Sequence record: MN642089.1 | Source: Klebsiella phage N1M2 | Reading direction: 5' to 3' (one strand) | Length of the DNA stretch: 64,000 bases | In this document: piece by piece, positions 9,352-18,212 of the stretch | Layout of the letters: the number at the start of each line of letters is the position of its first letter | Position numbering within the stretch: position 1 is the first letter of the stretch | Made by a program: the position numbers and the translations under genes | The notes under the pieces: generated by a model | Databases searched by the model: none | What the model was told of the DNA's origin: nothing | What the model saw: the letters and a program-made list of their open reading frames with translations, nothing else

Positions 9352-9639
9352 ATGAAAAGATTAGGAGCACTTGCATTTGTAATAGCATTAACTTTACCTA
9401 CCGCAGCCATTGCTGAATTACACGGTTCTATCTTCTTTAGAGGAGAGATCGTAGAAGTCCCATGCTCTGGTGTCAATAATAACACCTCTGCATTGGTACA
9501 ATGTAATCGAAAAGGCGAAAGTCCTAAAACCTTGAATATCAATCTTACTTCTACCAAAGATCAGTATATCGATGGTGTTAAAGTAAATTCTGATAACATC
9601 GGTAAGGGACTGTATACTGTAACTTTAACCATCGCATAA
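9352..9639 (+). CDS. small secreted protein with fimbrial-subunit-like N-terminus (signal peptide MKRLGALAFVIALTLPTAAIA|ELHGSIFFRGEIVEVPCS)
   Basis: AAGGAG SD 7 nt upstream of ATG 9352; G-x-I-x-F-x-G-E-I-V-x-x-P-C pattern typical of chaperone-usher pilin N-termini but protein only ~75 aa mature. Confidence 0.4.
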   Translation: MKRLGALAFVIALTLPTAAIAELHGSIFFRGEIVEVPCSGVNNNTSALVQCNRKGESPKTLNINLTSTKDQYIDGVKVNSDNIGKGLYTVTLTIA

Positions 9640-9644
9640 ATCAA

Positions 9645-9677
9645 AGAGAGGCTTCCGAAAGGAGGTCTCTCTCTTTT
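9645..9677 (+). terminator. imperfect hairpin AGAGAGGCTTCC-gaaa-GGAGGTCTCTCT followed by TTTTT
   Basis: seen in sequence after stop at 9639. Confidence 0.55.
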
Positions 9678-9722
9678 TGTACCTGAACATAAATAAATTG
9701 AAATCACTTAAGGAGTATAGAA

Positions 9723-10124
9723 ATGAAAGTAACTGTAGATTTAACCGCACCTGAATCTCACCCTACCTCTAAATTACCTAAAGCTTTGCGTGAGTTCTGG
9801 TATTTCAAAGATGGTGAAGAACTTCGCCGTTTGATCGACTATACTGGTTGCCCTAATACCGGTTGCCAACATGCACTCCGTGTTTGGGGCGAGCGCGCTG
9901 ATGTTACTGCATGGTTGGATTTGTTCCAAGAAACCTATCCCGAAACAGAGCCAGAGATCATGCTGATTAAAAGTAAGATTCGTCTAGCTTTCGTGCACGG
10001 CACTGGTTTGAATAAGCTGGGTGGGTTGACTGTTGATCTTAAAACCATTACCCGTCAGGTTGGGTATAATGGCGAGATCCTGACCCGCCCTTACTTCTGG
10101 GCCCCATTCTGGGAAGAACGTTAA
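9723..10124 (+). CDS. hypothetical protein
   Basis: ORF with AAGGAG SD. Confidence 0.5.
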   Translation: MKVTVDLTAPESHPTSKLPKALREFWYFKDGEELRRLIDYTGCPNTGCQHALRVWGERADVTAWLDLFQETYPETEPEIMLIKSKIRLAFVHGTGLNKLGGLTVDLKTITRQVGYNGEILTRPYFWAPFWEER

Positions 10125-10125
10125 T

Positions 10126-10410
10126 ATGGAATTCTTAAAAGACTTCTGTAGTCTTCGCCATGGCGATATAATGGATAAAGGTATGTTCTACCTTATCGTG
10201 ATCGTATTTTTACTTATATTGGCATTACCATTTATTATCATACATGATAAGATGGAAATGACTGATGCAAATTGTATTAAGACCACTCAATCCAGAGAAA
10301 ACTCTCATATTCAGTTTATCTATGGTGACAAAGGTCAGATCATAAGTGCATACCCTGTCACCACAACTGAATATCTATATACCTGCGACGATTACCCAAG
10401 GTGGCGTTAA
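10126..10410 (+). CDS. hypothetical small membrane protein
   Basis: TM segment FYLIVIVFLLILALPFIII. Confidence 0.45.
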   Translation: MEFLKDFCSLRHGDIMDKGMFYLIVIVFLLILALPFIIIHDKMEMTDANCIKTTQSRENSHIQFIYGDKGQIISAYPVTTTEYLYTCDDYPRWR

Positions 10411-10411
10411 A

Positions 10412-10831
10412 GTGAAAAAGCAATTACATGTTAATGAAGTCATTGACAGACTTCGTGGTCCTGATGAGATTGTACCTGTTTCTATTAACTTTGAGGACGT
10501 CCTTAGTTATAAGGATTGTACTTATGGTGATGAAACTTCCATTGGTAAAACTTACATTAGGGTAATCAGCAGTGAACGTGGTTACTTAGTAACTGAAAAC
10601 TATAATACCGTAAGAAAGATGATGGAAGATCTTCGTTTAGAAGATCTGCGTCCTTGTTACCGTGTTAAGATCGGCTACCAGGTTCATTACGTTCCTAAGA
10701 ACGAAGTTGAACATATTGCCATTGATGAAGAGAACTCACATACAACTTTGATTCTCAAATCTGGCGATAAGATCAAGACTAATCAGACCATGATCGAACT
10801 TCGTGAATCCGCAATTGAAATCCCATTTTAA
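10412..10831 (+). CDS. hypothetical protein (GTG start after AGGTGG SD)
   Basis: six-frame ORF 10346..10831 trimmed to GTG at 10412 with good SD directly after upstream stop. Confidence 0.4.
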   Translation: MKKQLHVNEVIDRLRGPDEIVPVSINFEDVLSYKDCTYGDETSIGKTYIRVISSERGYLVTENYNTVRKMMEDLRLEDLRPCYRVKIGYQVHYVPKNEVEHIAIDEENSHTTLILKSGDKIKTNQTMIELRESAIEIPF

Positions 10832-10841
10832 AGGTTAAGAA

Positions 10842-11006
10842 ATGAAACAGACTAAAGGTGTTACTCGCCGAGATCTTATTGCTTTCTTCGCAGGTAGTGC
10901 CTTTAGTCCAAAGGCAAAGATCGAAGATTTAATAATTGATACCGTATTAGGTAAACAAGCTAGCACATTAATCAACTTTAGAAAGAGGTTCTTAAATGGA
11001 AAGTAA
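10842..11006 (+). CDS. small hypothetical ORF (54 aa)
   Basis: ATG with AAGGT SD filling otherwise non-coding gap; below ORF-track size cut-off. Confidence 0.3.
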   Translation: MKQTKGVTRRDLIAFFAGSAFSPKAKIEDLIIDTVLGKQASTLINFRKRFLNGK

Positions 11007-11766
11007 AAACAAAGACTGGTTCAAATACGATACTTACTGGCGCCAATGGTCCCGTGTAATTTGTCGTGGTGGTGGAAACTATGATCACGAGATCAGTATT
11101 CCGCTGACCCCTATTAATGATGAAGCAAGTGAATGGTCTCAACTGTCAGAGATCCGCATACACCGCTTCGATGTTCGTTATGCTGCATTCCGCGATAAGA
11201 ATAAGTACACTCACGTACTTCCTGATTCGGTGGTGGAGAAAATGAAGGCTAACTTATCTGCTAATAAAATAGAAGTCCTTCTTCATTCAAACATCCTTCC
11301 GTTAATCGATTGGGATAAGTACATCGAACTGGGTGATTCTGAAATGTCGATAATCCATTGTTCTATGGAACAGACAGGTTTCTTTAACCAGTTGTATGCT
11401 GGAAGTAATTCGAAGGAAACCTTCCCAACTGCGGAACAGTTTAAACGTGAGTATGGAATCCATATTCCGGAAGACCACATTCTCTTAGGTGGGATTTATC
11501 ACCAACATGGTGATGATCATGTACGTTGTCATGGTGTTCATGATCTAGCCAATAACACTATTTCTTTTGAAGTATTGTTGGATGGTAAAGATTATACTAT
11601 AGCAACTCGTTTCTCAGGTCGTTTGGGCGATATCGAATCAACCTGGGATATGAAGTTATTGAACTTTATGCAATCATCCCCCTATATCAAAATAGAAACT
11701 TTTGATGCAGTATTGCAGATGGTTGCTAAAACAAATAACAATCTCAACGTTTTCAAAAAGAACTAA
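10996..11766 (+). CDS. hypothetical protein (256 aa)
   Basis: ORF with AAGAGG SD. Confidence 0.5.
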   Translation: MESKNKDWFKYDTYWRQWSRVICRGGGNYDHEISIPLTPINDEASEWSQLSEIRIHRFDVRYAAFRDKNKYTHVLPDSVVEKMKANLSANKIEVLLHSNILPLIDWDKYIELGDSEMSIIHCSMEQTGFFNQLYAGSNSKETFPTAEQFKREYGIHIPEDHILLGGIYHQHGDDHVRCHGVHDLANNTISFEVLLDGKDYTIATRFSGRLGDIESTWDMKLLNFMQSSPYIKIETFDAVLQMVAKTNNNLNVFKKN

Positions 11767-11776
11767 GGAATTTAGA

Positions 11777-12196
11777 ATGCAACATTATTTCATGTCCTAC
11801 GGTATTCTGGTTAACTTTGGTGAAGACCACTTTATTCATCAGGCCGCTATCTTCCATAATAGCACCATCACCACTGATGAAATGGATCTGGGTTTCAACC
11901 TGAATACCAATCGTGTCTCACCTATGGAAGTTGAACATCAGATCAAAGAGATCTCTGAAGTAGTTGGTGATCGTAAACGTTCATCGATCTTTGATCCTGA
12001 GTCATGTGTCCGTAATCTGGACAACCTGAACTGGGCTGGGTTCACTTATATTCATAAAGAGCACGATCAAGATCAACCAGTCATCATGTTTATCAATGAT
12101 GATAAATACGTTGATCTCAGTAAGTGGAAAGAGATTTCTACTGAACGTGCTTTGGCAACCATTAACAAATTTGCAGAACCAAAGGAAGAAGAATAA
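11777..12196 (+). CDS. hypothetical protein
   Basis: ATG 11777 with AAGGA SD right after upstream stop; six-frame ORF extends to 11702. Confidence 0.45.
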   Translation: MQHYFMSYGILVNFGEDHFIHQAAIFHNSTITTDEMDLGFNLNTNRVSPMEVEHQIKEISEVVGDRKRSSIFDPESCVRNLDNLNWAGFTYIHKEHDQDQPVIMFINDDKYVDLSKWKEISTERALATINKFAEPKEEE

Positions 12197-12654
12197 TGGA
12201 ACTCAAATTCTTATTCGGTAATACACACTTAGTTAAAATCAATCATGACGATGTCAAAGAGAATGCTGAAATAAAACCAGCTATTCTTTTAACCCGTAAG
12301 GTTGATATTGTTCAACACTCTGATATGGCTAACCGTACTCAGTTCATGGGTGTGACTAATGGTGGATTCGTTCGTCGTTTCCGTAAACCATCTGGTTCTA
12401 TCTGGTATGGTGAATCAGTGTCATGCCGTGTCAGCACTGATGAATCCATGGAAAAGGTTTACCGTGCTTTGGTTGAGCAGAACAACTACTGGTATTTCGA
12501 ATTCGAAATGTACGGTGAAAAACACGCTATCTTTATGGCTTGTCCAGAAGGTTATTATCCATGCTCTATCATCTCTGGTATTGAATGGAAACCGTGTGAT
12601 CATAAAGAAATGTATGACATCATTTCAGTAGAAGACGAAGCCAACTGCTGGTAA
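12196..12654 (+). CDS. hypothetical protein (152 aa)
   Basis: TAATG overlap with upstream gene. Confidence 0.5.
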   Translation: MELKFLFGNTHLVKINHDDVKENAEIKPAILLTRKVDIVQHSDMANRTQFMGVTNGGFVRRFRKPSGSIWYGESVSCRVSTDESMEKVYRALVEQNNYWYFEFEMYGEKHAIFMACPEGYYPCSIISGIEWKPCDHKEMYDIISVEDEANCW

Positions 12655-12674
12655 AAATTAAATACATGCATAAT

Positions 12675-12704
12675 CCCTACCTAGCCTTTGCGGGCTAGGT
12701 AGGG
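12675..12704. terminator. bidirectional terminator hairpin CCCTACCTAGCC-TTTGCG-GGCTAGGTAGGG between convergent genes
   Basis: 12-bp perfect stem. Confidence 0.65.
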
Positions 12705-12724
12705 TTAATAATGTTTAATTATTT

Positions 12725-13330
12725 TTATGCTATCGCTTTCAAATCTTCAATGAAGAACATCAAGCCCTGGGTTGGATCGATGTTTATTGCTTCAACAGTA
12801 AACGTGCCTGAATGTTTACCAGTTGGATCAATGGCGTCTAGTTTATTGGTAACGATCTTATCCCAATAAATATTACCCATTATTTTCATTACACCATCTG
12901 GATTACCTTGCTCCGCTTCTGAAACAACACCATACTTATTGCTATCAGTTAACAGTACAATACCGGCTTGTTGTGTTCCGGCTTTAACTGCTGCGATCAG
13001 ATCGTCTACTTTAGCATACTCAGTGACAGTTACTGAGAATTCTTCTAAGATAGGTTTGATGGTTACTTTTTCAACTTCGATATCTGCACGGAAGAAACCA
13101 GTCTTACGAGAAAGGAAGCAACAACGGACAATGCCACTGTTGAAAGAAACCGGAGGTTCGATCATCACATCTTCGTGACGTAAACCATCATAACGTTGTT
13201 TGGCTAAGTCTAACTCTGCGCTTGGACCCGCTGCCTCTAGTTTAGCGATACGATCAACCATAAACTTTCGGGCAGACAGGAACACAGGGTCATTTATCTT
13301 TTTGCTATTGATACCTGAAACAGTGATCAT
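12725..13330 (-). CDS. hypothetical protein, paralog of CDS 1..706; lone minus-strand gene inside plus-strand block
   Basis: see alignment noted for feature 1..706. Confidence 0.55.
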   Translation of the reverse strand: MITVSGINSKKINDPVFLSARKFMVDRIAKLEAAGPSAELDLAKQRYDGLRHEDVMIEPPVSFNSGIVRCCFLSRKTGFFRADIEVEKVTIKPILEEFSVTVTEYAKVDDLIAAVKAGTQQAGIVLLTDSNKYGVVSEAEQGNPDGVMKIMGNIYWDKIVTNKLDAIDPTGKHSGTFTVEAINIDPTQGLMFFIEDLKAIA

Positions 13331-13394
13331 AATTGACTACCTATAAGGGGGAAAGTGTTAGAGTAATTACTCATTCCAAAAGATTCAAATAAAA

Positions 13395-13421
13395 ATAGAC
13401 AGATATTATCATTATGTACAG
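13395..13421 (+). promoter_or_regulatory. promoter-like motif copy (ATAGACAGATATTATCATTATGTACAG)
   Basis: family consensus, 55 nt upstream of ATG 13450. Confidence 0.5.
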
Positions 13422-13449
13422 TTAATAGTAATGTTAATAAGGAATCATT

Positions 13450-13905
13450 ATGACCCCACATGTTGGACCAGCCAGTATGCAAGAACATGAAACCGTAATA
13501 AAGGCTCTGTACGGTTCTATTGAAAAGATGCGTGAACATCCAACCTATCTGGAAGTTGTCAATCGCATTGAGTATTTAGAACGACTTAAAATCGATCTCT
13601 TTAACTTACTAGAGGAAGAAAAAGGTAATGTCCGTTGGTATAAACCTATCTCCTATTTGTCTTCTAAAATAGCAGACTTTGCTTATAAGTATACCGTGGA
13701 TAAACCTATCTCTGAAATCATCCATAAACTTAAAGCTCAGAAAGGGTTACCTGTGGGATTCGTAGTCGGTGAGCTTATTGAAGAAATGAATAAAGCTTTG
13801 TGCGTTATTCAGGACATGATCAAACACCGCAATAAACAATACTTCATTAACGACGACGTATATTTAAAAGAGGCTATTAAATGGAAAGAATCACAAAAAC
13901 GCTAA
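13450..13905 (+). CDS. hypothetical protein
   Basis: ORF. Confidence 0.5.
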   Translation: MTPHVGPASMQEHETVIKALYGSIEKMREHPTYLEVVNRIEYLERLKIDLFNLLEEEKGNVRWYKPISYLSSKIADFAYKYTVDKPISEIIHKLKAQKGLPVGFVVGELIEEMNKALCVIQDMIKHRNKQYFINDDVYLKEAIKWKESQKR

Positions 13906-14285
13906 ATCATGGTCAGTATTACTATGAGTTAGCCAATGAATCATTTAAAGGTCTATCCAAAGAAATCGAAGATGGGTATGCTTACCTTTCTCGTTTATTT
14001 GGGTGGAAACTTTATCTCACCTGGAATGGCGTTAAGACTGCATTGATCCTAGCAAGGGTTAAAGGTTTTATCACCGAAGCAGGTAAGATGTTTGATGATC
14101 CAGAATCTGTAGTGGAGTATTCTTATTATGAAGACATGATCGAAATGGTGCGTGAGTACGACGATCTGTTAAATGAATACAAATCTGACATCATCAAACT
14201 TTTCGACATGGCTTACGATGATCGCAATGTTGATTCTGAAACCCGCTTTAAAGCACATACCTGGGGCGGTCGTGTCCTTAACTAA
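13881..14285 (+). CDS. hypothetical protein
   Basis: ORF with AAGAGG SD, overlaps upstream gene by 25 nt. Confidence 0.5.
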   Translation: MERITKTLNHGQYYYELANESFKGLSKEIEDGYAYLSRLFGWKLYLTWNGVKTALILARVKGFITEAGKMFDDPESVVEYSYYEDMIEMVREYDDLLNEYKSDIIKLFDMAYDDRNVDSETRFKAHTWGGRVLN

Positions 14286-14296
14286 TAGGTGTAAAT

Positions 14297-14824
14297 ATGA
14301 ATACAGTATTCTGGTCCGATGGTCACGTGGATCACCTTCCTGCGGTTAAACAACGTGGCTTTGAAACTATCGAAGCATTTCAAGAGTATTACGCTGATAC
14401 TTGGTGTTCAACTGTCACTAAACGCACTAAGATTTTCTGCGTTGGTGATATGGCATTGACCCATCAAGGTTTGGTGTTCCTTAAGAAGCTTCCTGGTTAT
14501 AAACACCTTATCCTGGGGAACCATGATAAAGAACGTCAAAATGATATTCGGGATCTGATGGAAGTATTTGATGATATCGATGGTTTCTATAAACATAAGA
14601 AATCTCCGTTATACATCGCACACTGCCCTTCACACCCGTCCCAGTTACGTGGTCGTTTGATGGTACATGGACATACCCACATGCAAGTAATTCCTGACGA
14701 ACGTTACATTAACGTGTGTTTTGATTTGCTTCCTAACGGTCCTGTATCTATTGAAGATATTGTATCTGGTAAATATCGTTCATATAGGAAACCTGAAAAT
14801 GTTATCCAAACTGCAACGGCTTGA
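14297..14824 (+). CDS. calcineurin-like metallophosphoesterase
   Basis: motifs SDGHVDH, ILGNHD, VHGHTH (GDxH / GNHD / GHTH signature). Confidence 0.7.
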   Translation: MNTVFWSDGHVDHLPAVKQRGFETIEAFQEYYADTWCSTVTKRTKIFCVGDMALTHQGLVFLKKLPGYKHLILGNHDKERQNDIRDLMEVFDDIDGFYKHKKSPLYIAHCPSHPSQLRGRLMVHGHTHMQVIPDERYINVCFDLLPNGPVSIEDIVSGKYRSYRKPENVIQTATA

Positions 14825-15026
14825 TAAGTTTCTGGATACCGCATTTAAAATTATCTTTACAGTCAATGTAGTGCTGCTCGGGCTAAATTTATTTTGGCCC
14901 AAGGAAACTGCTCGCAATACCATCTTAATACTTTTACCAACTCTCGTGATCATCATGACGATACAAGCTGTATTAGGCTTTATCATCTCCAAGAAGAAGC
15001 GGAGGAGAACTTGGAAAGAACGTTAA
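14799..15026 (+). CDS. small hypothetical membrane protein
   Basis: two hydrophobic segments; weak SD; overlaps upstream gene. Confidence 0.3.
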   Translation: MLSKLQRLDKFLDTAFKIIFTVNVVLLGLNLFWPKETARNTILILLPTLVIIMTIQAVLGFIISKKKRRRTWKER

Positions 15027-15247
15027 AGTTAACCTTCTTCATCATCTTGCTGATATTAACATTCGTTATCTTTAACGGTGTTGTCTTGCATTGTTATGGT
15101 GAAGAGTTTGACAAAGACTTATATAACTTCATTTGGAAGTTTAATCTTTGTTTGTCTTTATTCTTGGCGTACATCACGTACGCCTTCTTTAATATGTTAA
15201 TCGACTATCGTTACCCAACTGGAACTGAAGATGAAGACTTTGAATAA
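15011..15247 (+). CDS. small hypothetical membrane protein (possible TTG start after GGAGGAG)
   Basis: hydrophobic ORF; start uncertain. Confidence 0.25.
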   Translation: MERTLKLTFFIILLILTFVIFNGVVLHCYGEEFDKDLYNFIWKFNLCLSLFLAYITYAFFNMLIDYRYPTGTEDEDFE

Positions 15248-16421
15248 ATATGAAGCCTGGTATATGGAACAGCTCAATAACATTATTGAGAACGGTCAGC
15301 GTCGTGGAGACCGTACAGGTACTGGTGTTATTTCATTACCTGATTTGGAATATCGTCATGATCTCCGTGAATCCTATCCGGTAACTTTCTCTCGTTGGTT
15401 TAACCTGCAGTTCCCTATCATCGAGATTCTCTGGATGATGTCTGGTGAATCAAACATCCAACGTCTGAAAGAAAATGGCTGTCCATTCTGGAATGGCTTT
15501 GCGGTTAAAGGTGACAAGATCGCACCAACCGAGCTTTCCATTACTGAGCGTCTGAAACTGCTGGCTAAAAAGCAGGGTGTCCCTTATGGTAAGGTTCTTC
15601 AAATCTTCGGTAGTGAGCGTCCTGAAGATATTACCATCGAACTGGACAAACAGCAGATTCCTAACACCCAGGATATGCTGATTGCTAAAGACGGTGATCT
15701 TGGTCCGGTGTACGGTGTTCAATGGCGACATTGGCCTAATCCGGATGGGACTACTTTCGATCAGCTGGTTTATGTATTGGAAACCCTCCGTAAAGATCCT
15801 GACAGCCGTCGTGTGGTCGTTGACTGTTGGAACCCAAGCTATCTACCTGATCCTAAGAAGAGTCCTGCAGAGAACGCTGTAGACGGTAAAATGGCATTGA
15901 CTCCTTGTCACTTCACTTTCGGTTTCTATACTTGGGAAATTCCTTTCCATGAACGTGTAGAAGAACTGAAGAAAGTTTGTAGTCGTCAGGAATGGATGTC
16001 AGTTTATCCAATCTATAAAGGTAGTGAGACAATGTTGAAGATCGATCACTTGATCGAGAAATACAATGTCCCTAAATACTATCTGGACCTTAAATACGTC
16101 ATGCGTAGTAATGACTGGATCTTGGGTCAACCGGCTAACATGAACATGTACTCTGCCATGTTGATGATGTTTGCGAAAGAACTGAATATGGTTCCTCGCT
16201 ATGTCAAATACACTGGTTGGGATGCGCATGTTTATACCAACCACCTGGAAGGCGCTGAAGAACTGAATAAACGTTGGGCTGAGAAGACTCACAAGTTCTC
16301 AACAATCAAGATGGATCTGGATACAGAACCAAAAGGTTTGTTCGGTTACCACCAAGATGACTTTAAGATCATCGGTAAGTATGAACCTATGGATCGTATT
16401 AAGTTCCCTATCGCCATCTAA
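15231..16421 (+). CDS. thyA: thymidylate synthase family enzyme (ThyA-like) with two large insertions; dUMP-specific by retained Asn177 equivalent
   Basis: GDRTGTG, GDLGPVYGVQWRHWPNPDG, DPDSRRVVVDCWNP, MALTPCHFTFGFY (catalytic Cys), RSNDWILGQPANMN, C-terminal PIAI; 396 aa vs ~264 aa for E. coli ThyA. Confidence 0.85.
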   Translation: MKTLNKYEAWYMEQLNNIIENGQRRGDRTGTGVISLPDLEYRHDLRESYPVTFSRWFNLQFPIIEILWMMSGESNIQRLKENGCPFWNGFAVKGDKIAPTELSITERLKLLAKKQGVPYGKVLQIFGSERPEDITIELDKQQIPNTQDMLIAKDGDLGPVYGVQWRHWPNPDGTTFDQLVYVLETLRKDPDSRRVVVDCWNPSYLPDPKKSPAENAVDGKMALTPCHFTFGFYTWEIPFHERVEELKKVCSRQEWMSVYPIYKGSETMLKIDHLIEKYNVPKYYLDLKYVMRSNDWILGQPANMNMYSAMLMMFAKELNMVPRYVKYTGWDAHVYTNHLEGAEELNKRWAEKTHKFSTIKMDLDTEPKGLFGYHQDDFKIIGKYEPMDRIKFPIAI

Positions 16422-16500
16422 ATAAACCAAGCTAGGGGCTCTTAGGAGCCTTTAGCTTTTCAAGGTATACGTTTACCTACCCTACAAATAGGAAATCGTT

Positions 16501-16725
16501 ATGAACTTACCACAATGGGTTATAGAGGTTAATCAACATGCATTCCTGATAATGATCAGTTTCTCTTTCGCATTATCGTTCTTCTTCTGTTTTTCTGATC
16601 TCCATAAGTACACCAAGTTGAAATACATTGTTATCGACTTCGTGGGTTATGGGGTAATCTCAATCGGATCTATTATTGTCGTCTACACTCTGGTGATGAC
16701 CACTTTAATGAATCATTATTTATAA
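16501..16725 (+). CDS. small hypothetical membrane protein
   Basis: two TM segments. Confidence 0.4.
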   Translation: MNLPQWVIEVNQHAFLIMISFSFALSFFFCFSDLHKYTKLKYIVIDFVGYGVISIGSIIVVYTLVMTTLMNHYL

Positions 16726-16735
16726 GGAATCAAAA

Positions 16736-17635
16736 ATGAAAAACGTTAACATTCAAATCAATTCTTTCGTTGGCGTAGCATCAATCCAAACCATGATCCG
16801 CCATGTAGGTACTGTAACTAAACAAAAGGTTCTTGAAGATTGTATTATCGATGGGATGGTCGGAACCAATACCTTTAATGCCCTTAACTTCATTGCTGGT
16901 TATGTGTTCGGCACTCGCCCGCATGTTCCACAAGGCATCGTTGGATTGGAAGATGGCATTCTCTCCGTCCAACGTTGGTATGAGGGAGTTAGAACTTCAA
17001 TGCCGCCACATCGCCAATCAGTATGGCCTCGTTTGGAATGTGATGGTGTTTGGGGAACCGATACATATATCGCATTTTCCAATATGGCCAATTTATATTG
17101 CGAATTGTTCATTGCTGCAAAATCTAAATCTGAAGGATTCGGATTAAGACGTCGTGATCCTTCCCGTCCATTTATTGATGGTCGTCCTATTGACTTAAAA
17201 CCTACCCAGCCAGAAATCTCTCTATCTCCAAGAGAGACAGTTCAGATGACCGGTCAGGAAGATGACCCAGAAACTCTCCAGGCTCTTGCTAACGCTATGG
17301 GTTGGGATAATCCAGTGATTACCCCTGCTCAACTGTTAGCTTCTCAGAATGGGTTTGAGGCGTTAATCACACGTCATGCTGGGACTAAAGAAACCCTGGG
17401 TATTCTTGTATACATGAAGCCTAGTCGTTTATCTCGTTTATATGACTTCAATATTGTTGGGTTATATGTGCGTGAAGGTTGTCGTGATGCCAGTATCGGA
17501 ACTTCTTTAGTTGGTCGTCTTAAAACAATTGCCGCCAATCAAGATAGTGATGTGAGTTTTACCCTTGCGAGTGTAGCAAGTAAATCTTCTCGCGTTGCTC
17601 AGTTCTTGAGCGGTATGAAGATCAATATGAAGTAA
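16736..17635 (+). CDS. protein with two PG_binding_1-like repeats (IDGMVGTNTFNAL, CDGVWGTDTYIAF) and C-terminal domain of unknown function (weak GNAT-like motif)
   Basis: D-G-x-x-G-x-x-T repeats; C-terminal VREGCRDASIGTSLVGRL resembles acetyl-CoA binding loop. Confidence 0.4.
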   Translation: MKNVNIQINSFVGVASIQTMIRHVGTVTKQKVLEDCIIDGMVGTNTFNALNFIAGYVFGTRPHVPQGIVGLEDGILSVQRWYEGVRTSMPPHRQSVWPRLECDGVWGTDTYIAFSNMANLYCELFIAAKSKSEGFGLRRRDPSRPFIDGRPIDLKPTQPEISLSPRETVQMTGQEDDPETLQALANAMGWDNPVITPAQLLASQNGFEALITRHAGTKETLGILVYMKPSRLSRLYDFNIVGLYVREGCRDASIGTSLVGRLKTIAANQDSDVSFTLASVASKSSRVAQFLSGMKINMK

Positions 17636-17643
17636 ACCAATAA

Positions 17644-17671
17644 CCCTCTATTCCTTAACGGGAATAGAGGG
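17644..17671 (+). terminator. hairpin CCCTCTATTCC-ttaac-GGGAATAGAGGG
   Basis: 11-bp perfect stem after stop 17635. Confidence 0.65.
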
Positions 17672-17694
17672 GTTGGATTTCAGTTGTATTTCTT

Positions 17695-17725
17695 TTCAGA
17701 CATATATAATTAAAGTGTATAAGAC
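17695..17725 (+). promoter_or_regulatory. promoter-like motif copy (TTCAGACATATATAATTAAAGTGTATAAGAC) with TATAG box at 17758
   Basis: ~85-nt block near-identical to 23895-23978. Confidence 0.55.
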
Positions 17726-17775
17726 AATAAAGTTTTATACAACTTACACTAATCAACTTATAGAGAGATACAATC

Positions 17776-18126
17776 ATGGCTAACAACTTCGCAAACGTAG
17801 AACACTTCGCTGACCGTAACGTAGATGGTCTGGCATACATGAAAGATGTACTGGCTAACGTTATGGGTGCTAACACCAAATCTGAGAAAGCTGAAGAATT
17901 CGGTAGCTTCTCTATGGCTGCTATCAAAGCTATCGGCCGTAAAGCTTTTGGTGCTATCCCACTGTTCCGTACCAAACCACAGGTTAATGGCATCATGACC
18001 TTCCAGGTTTTCTTCAACGACTTCGCTGAAGCTAACAACCTGAACATCCGTCTGCGCACTACCGGTGTATGGGACGAAGCAACTCTCAATGCCTTCACCA
18101 TGATGGTAGAGAAATACAAAGCGTAA
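17776..18126 (+). CDS. hypothetical protein (116 aa)
   Basis: ORF behind conserved leader. Confidence 0.55.
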   Translation: MANNFANVEHFADRNVDGLAYMKDVLANVMGANTKSEKAEEFGSFSMAAIKAIGRKAFGAIPLFRTKPQVNGIMTFQVFFNDFAEANNLNIRLRTTGVWDEATLNAFTMMVEKYKA

Positions 18127-18132
18127 TAATCG

Positions 18133-18173
18133 GCATCAACAGTATGGGGAATTTATCCTTGTACTGTTGATGC
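18133..18173 (+). terminator. hairpin GCATCAACAGTA-(17 nt loop)-TACTGTTGATGC
   Basis: 12-bp perfect stem after stop. Confidence 0.5.
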
Positions 18174-18212
18174 TATATTTAGTTAAACACTTTATTTTTG
18201 TCTGGAGAAATA

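Noticed and set aside
15231-16421. Intein or intron in the ThyA homolog to explain its extra length
   Set aside because: The ORF is continuous, the insertions are only 45-55 aa each, and they lack intein splice-junction residues (no C/S...HN-C/S/T).
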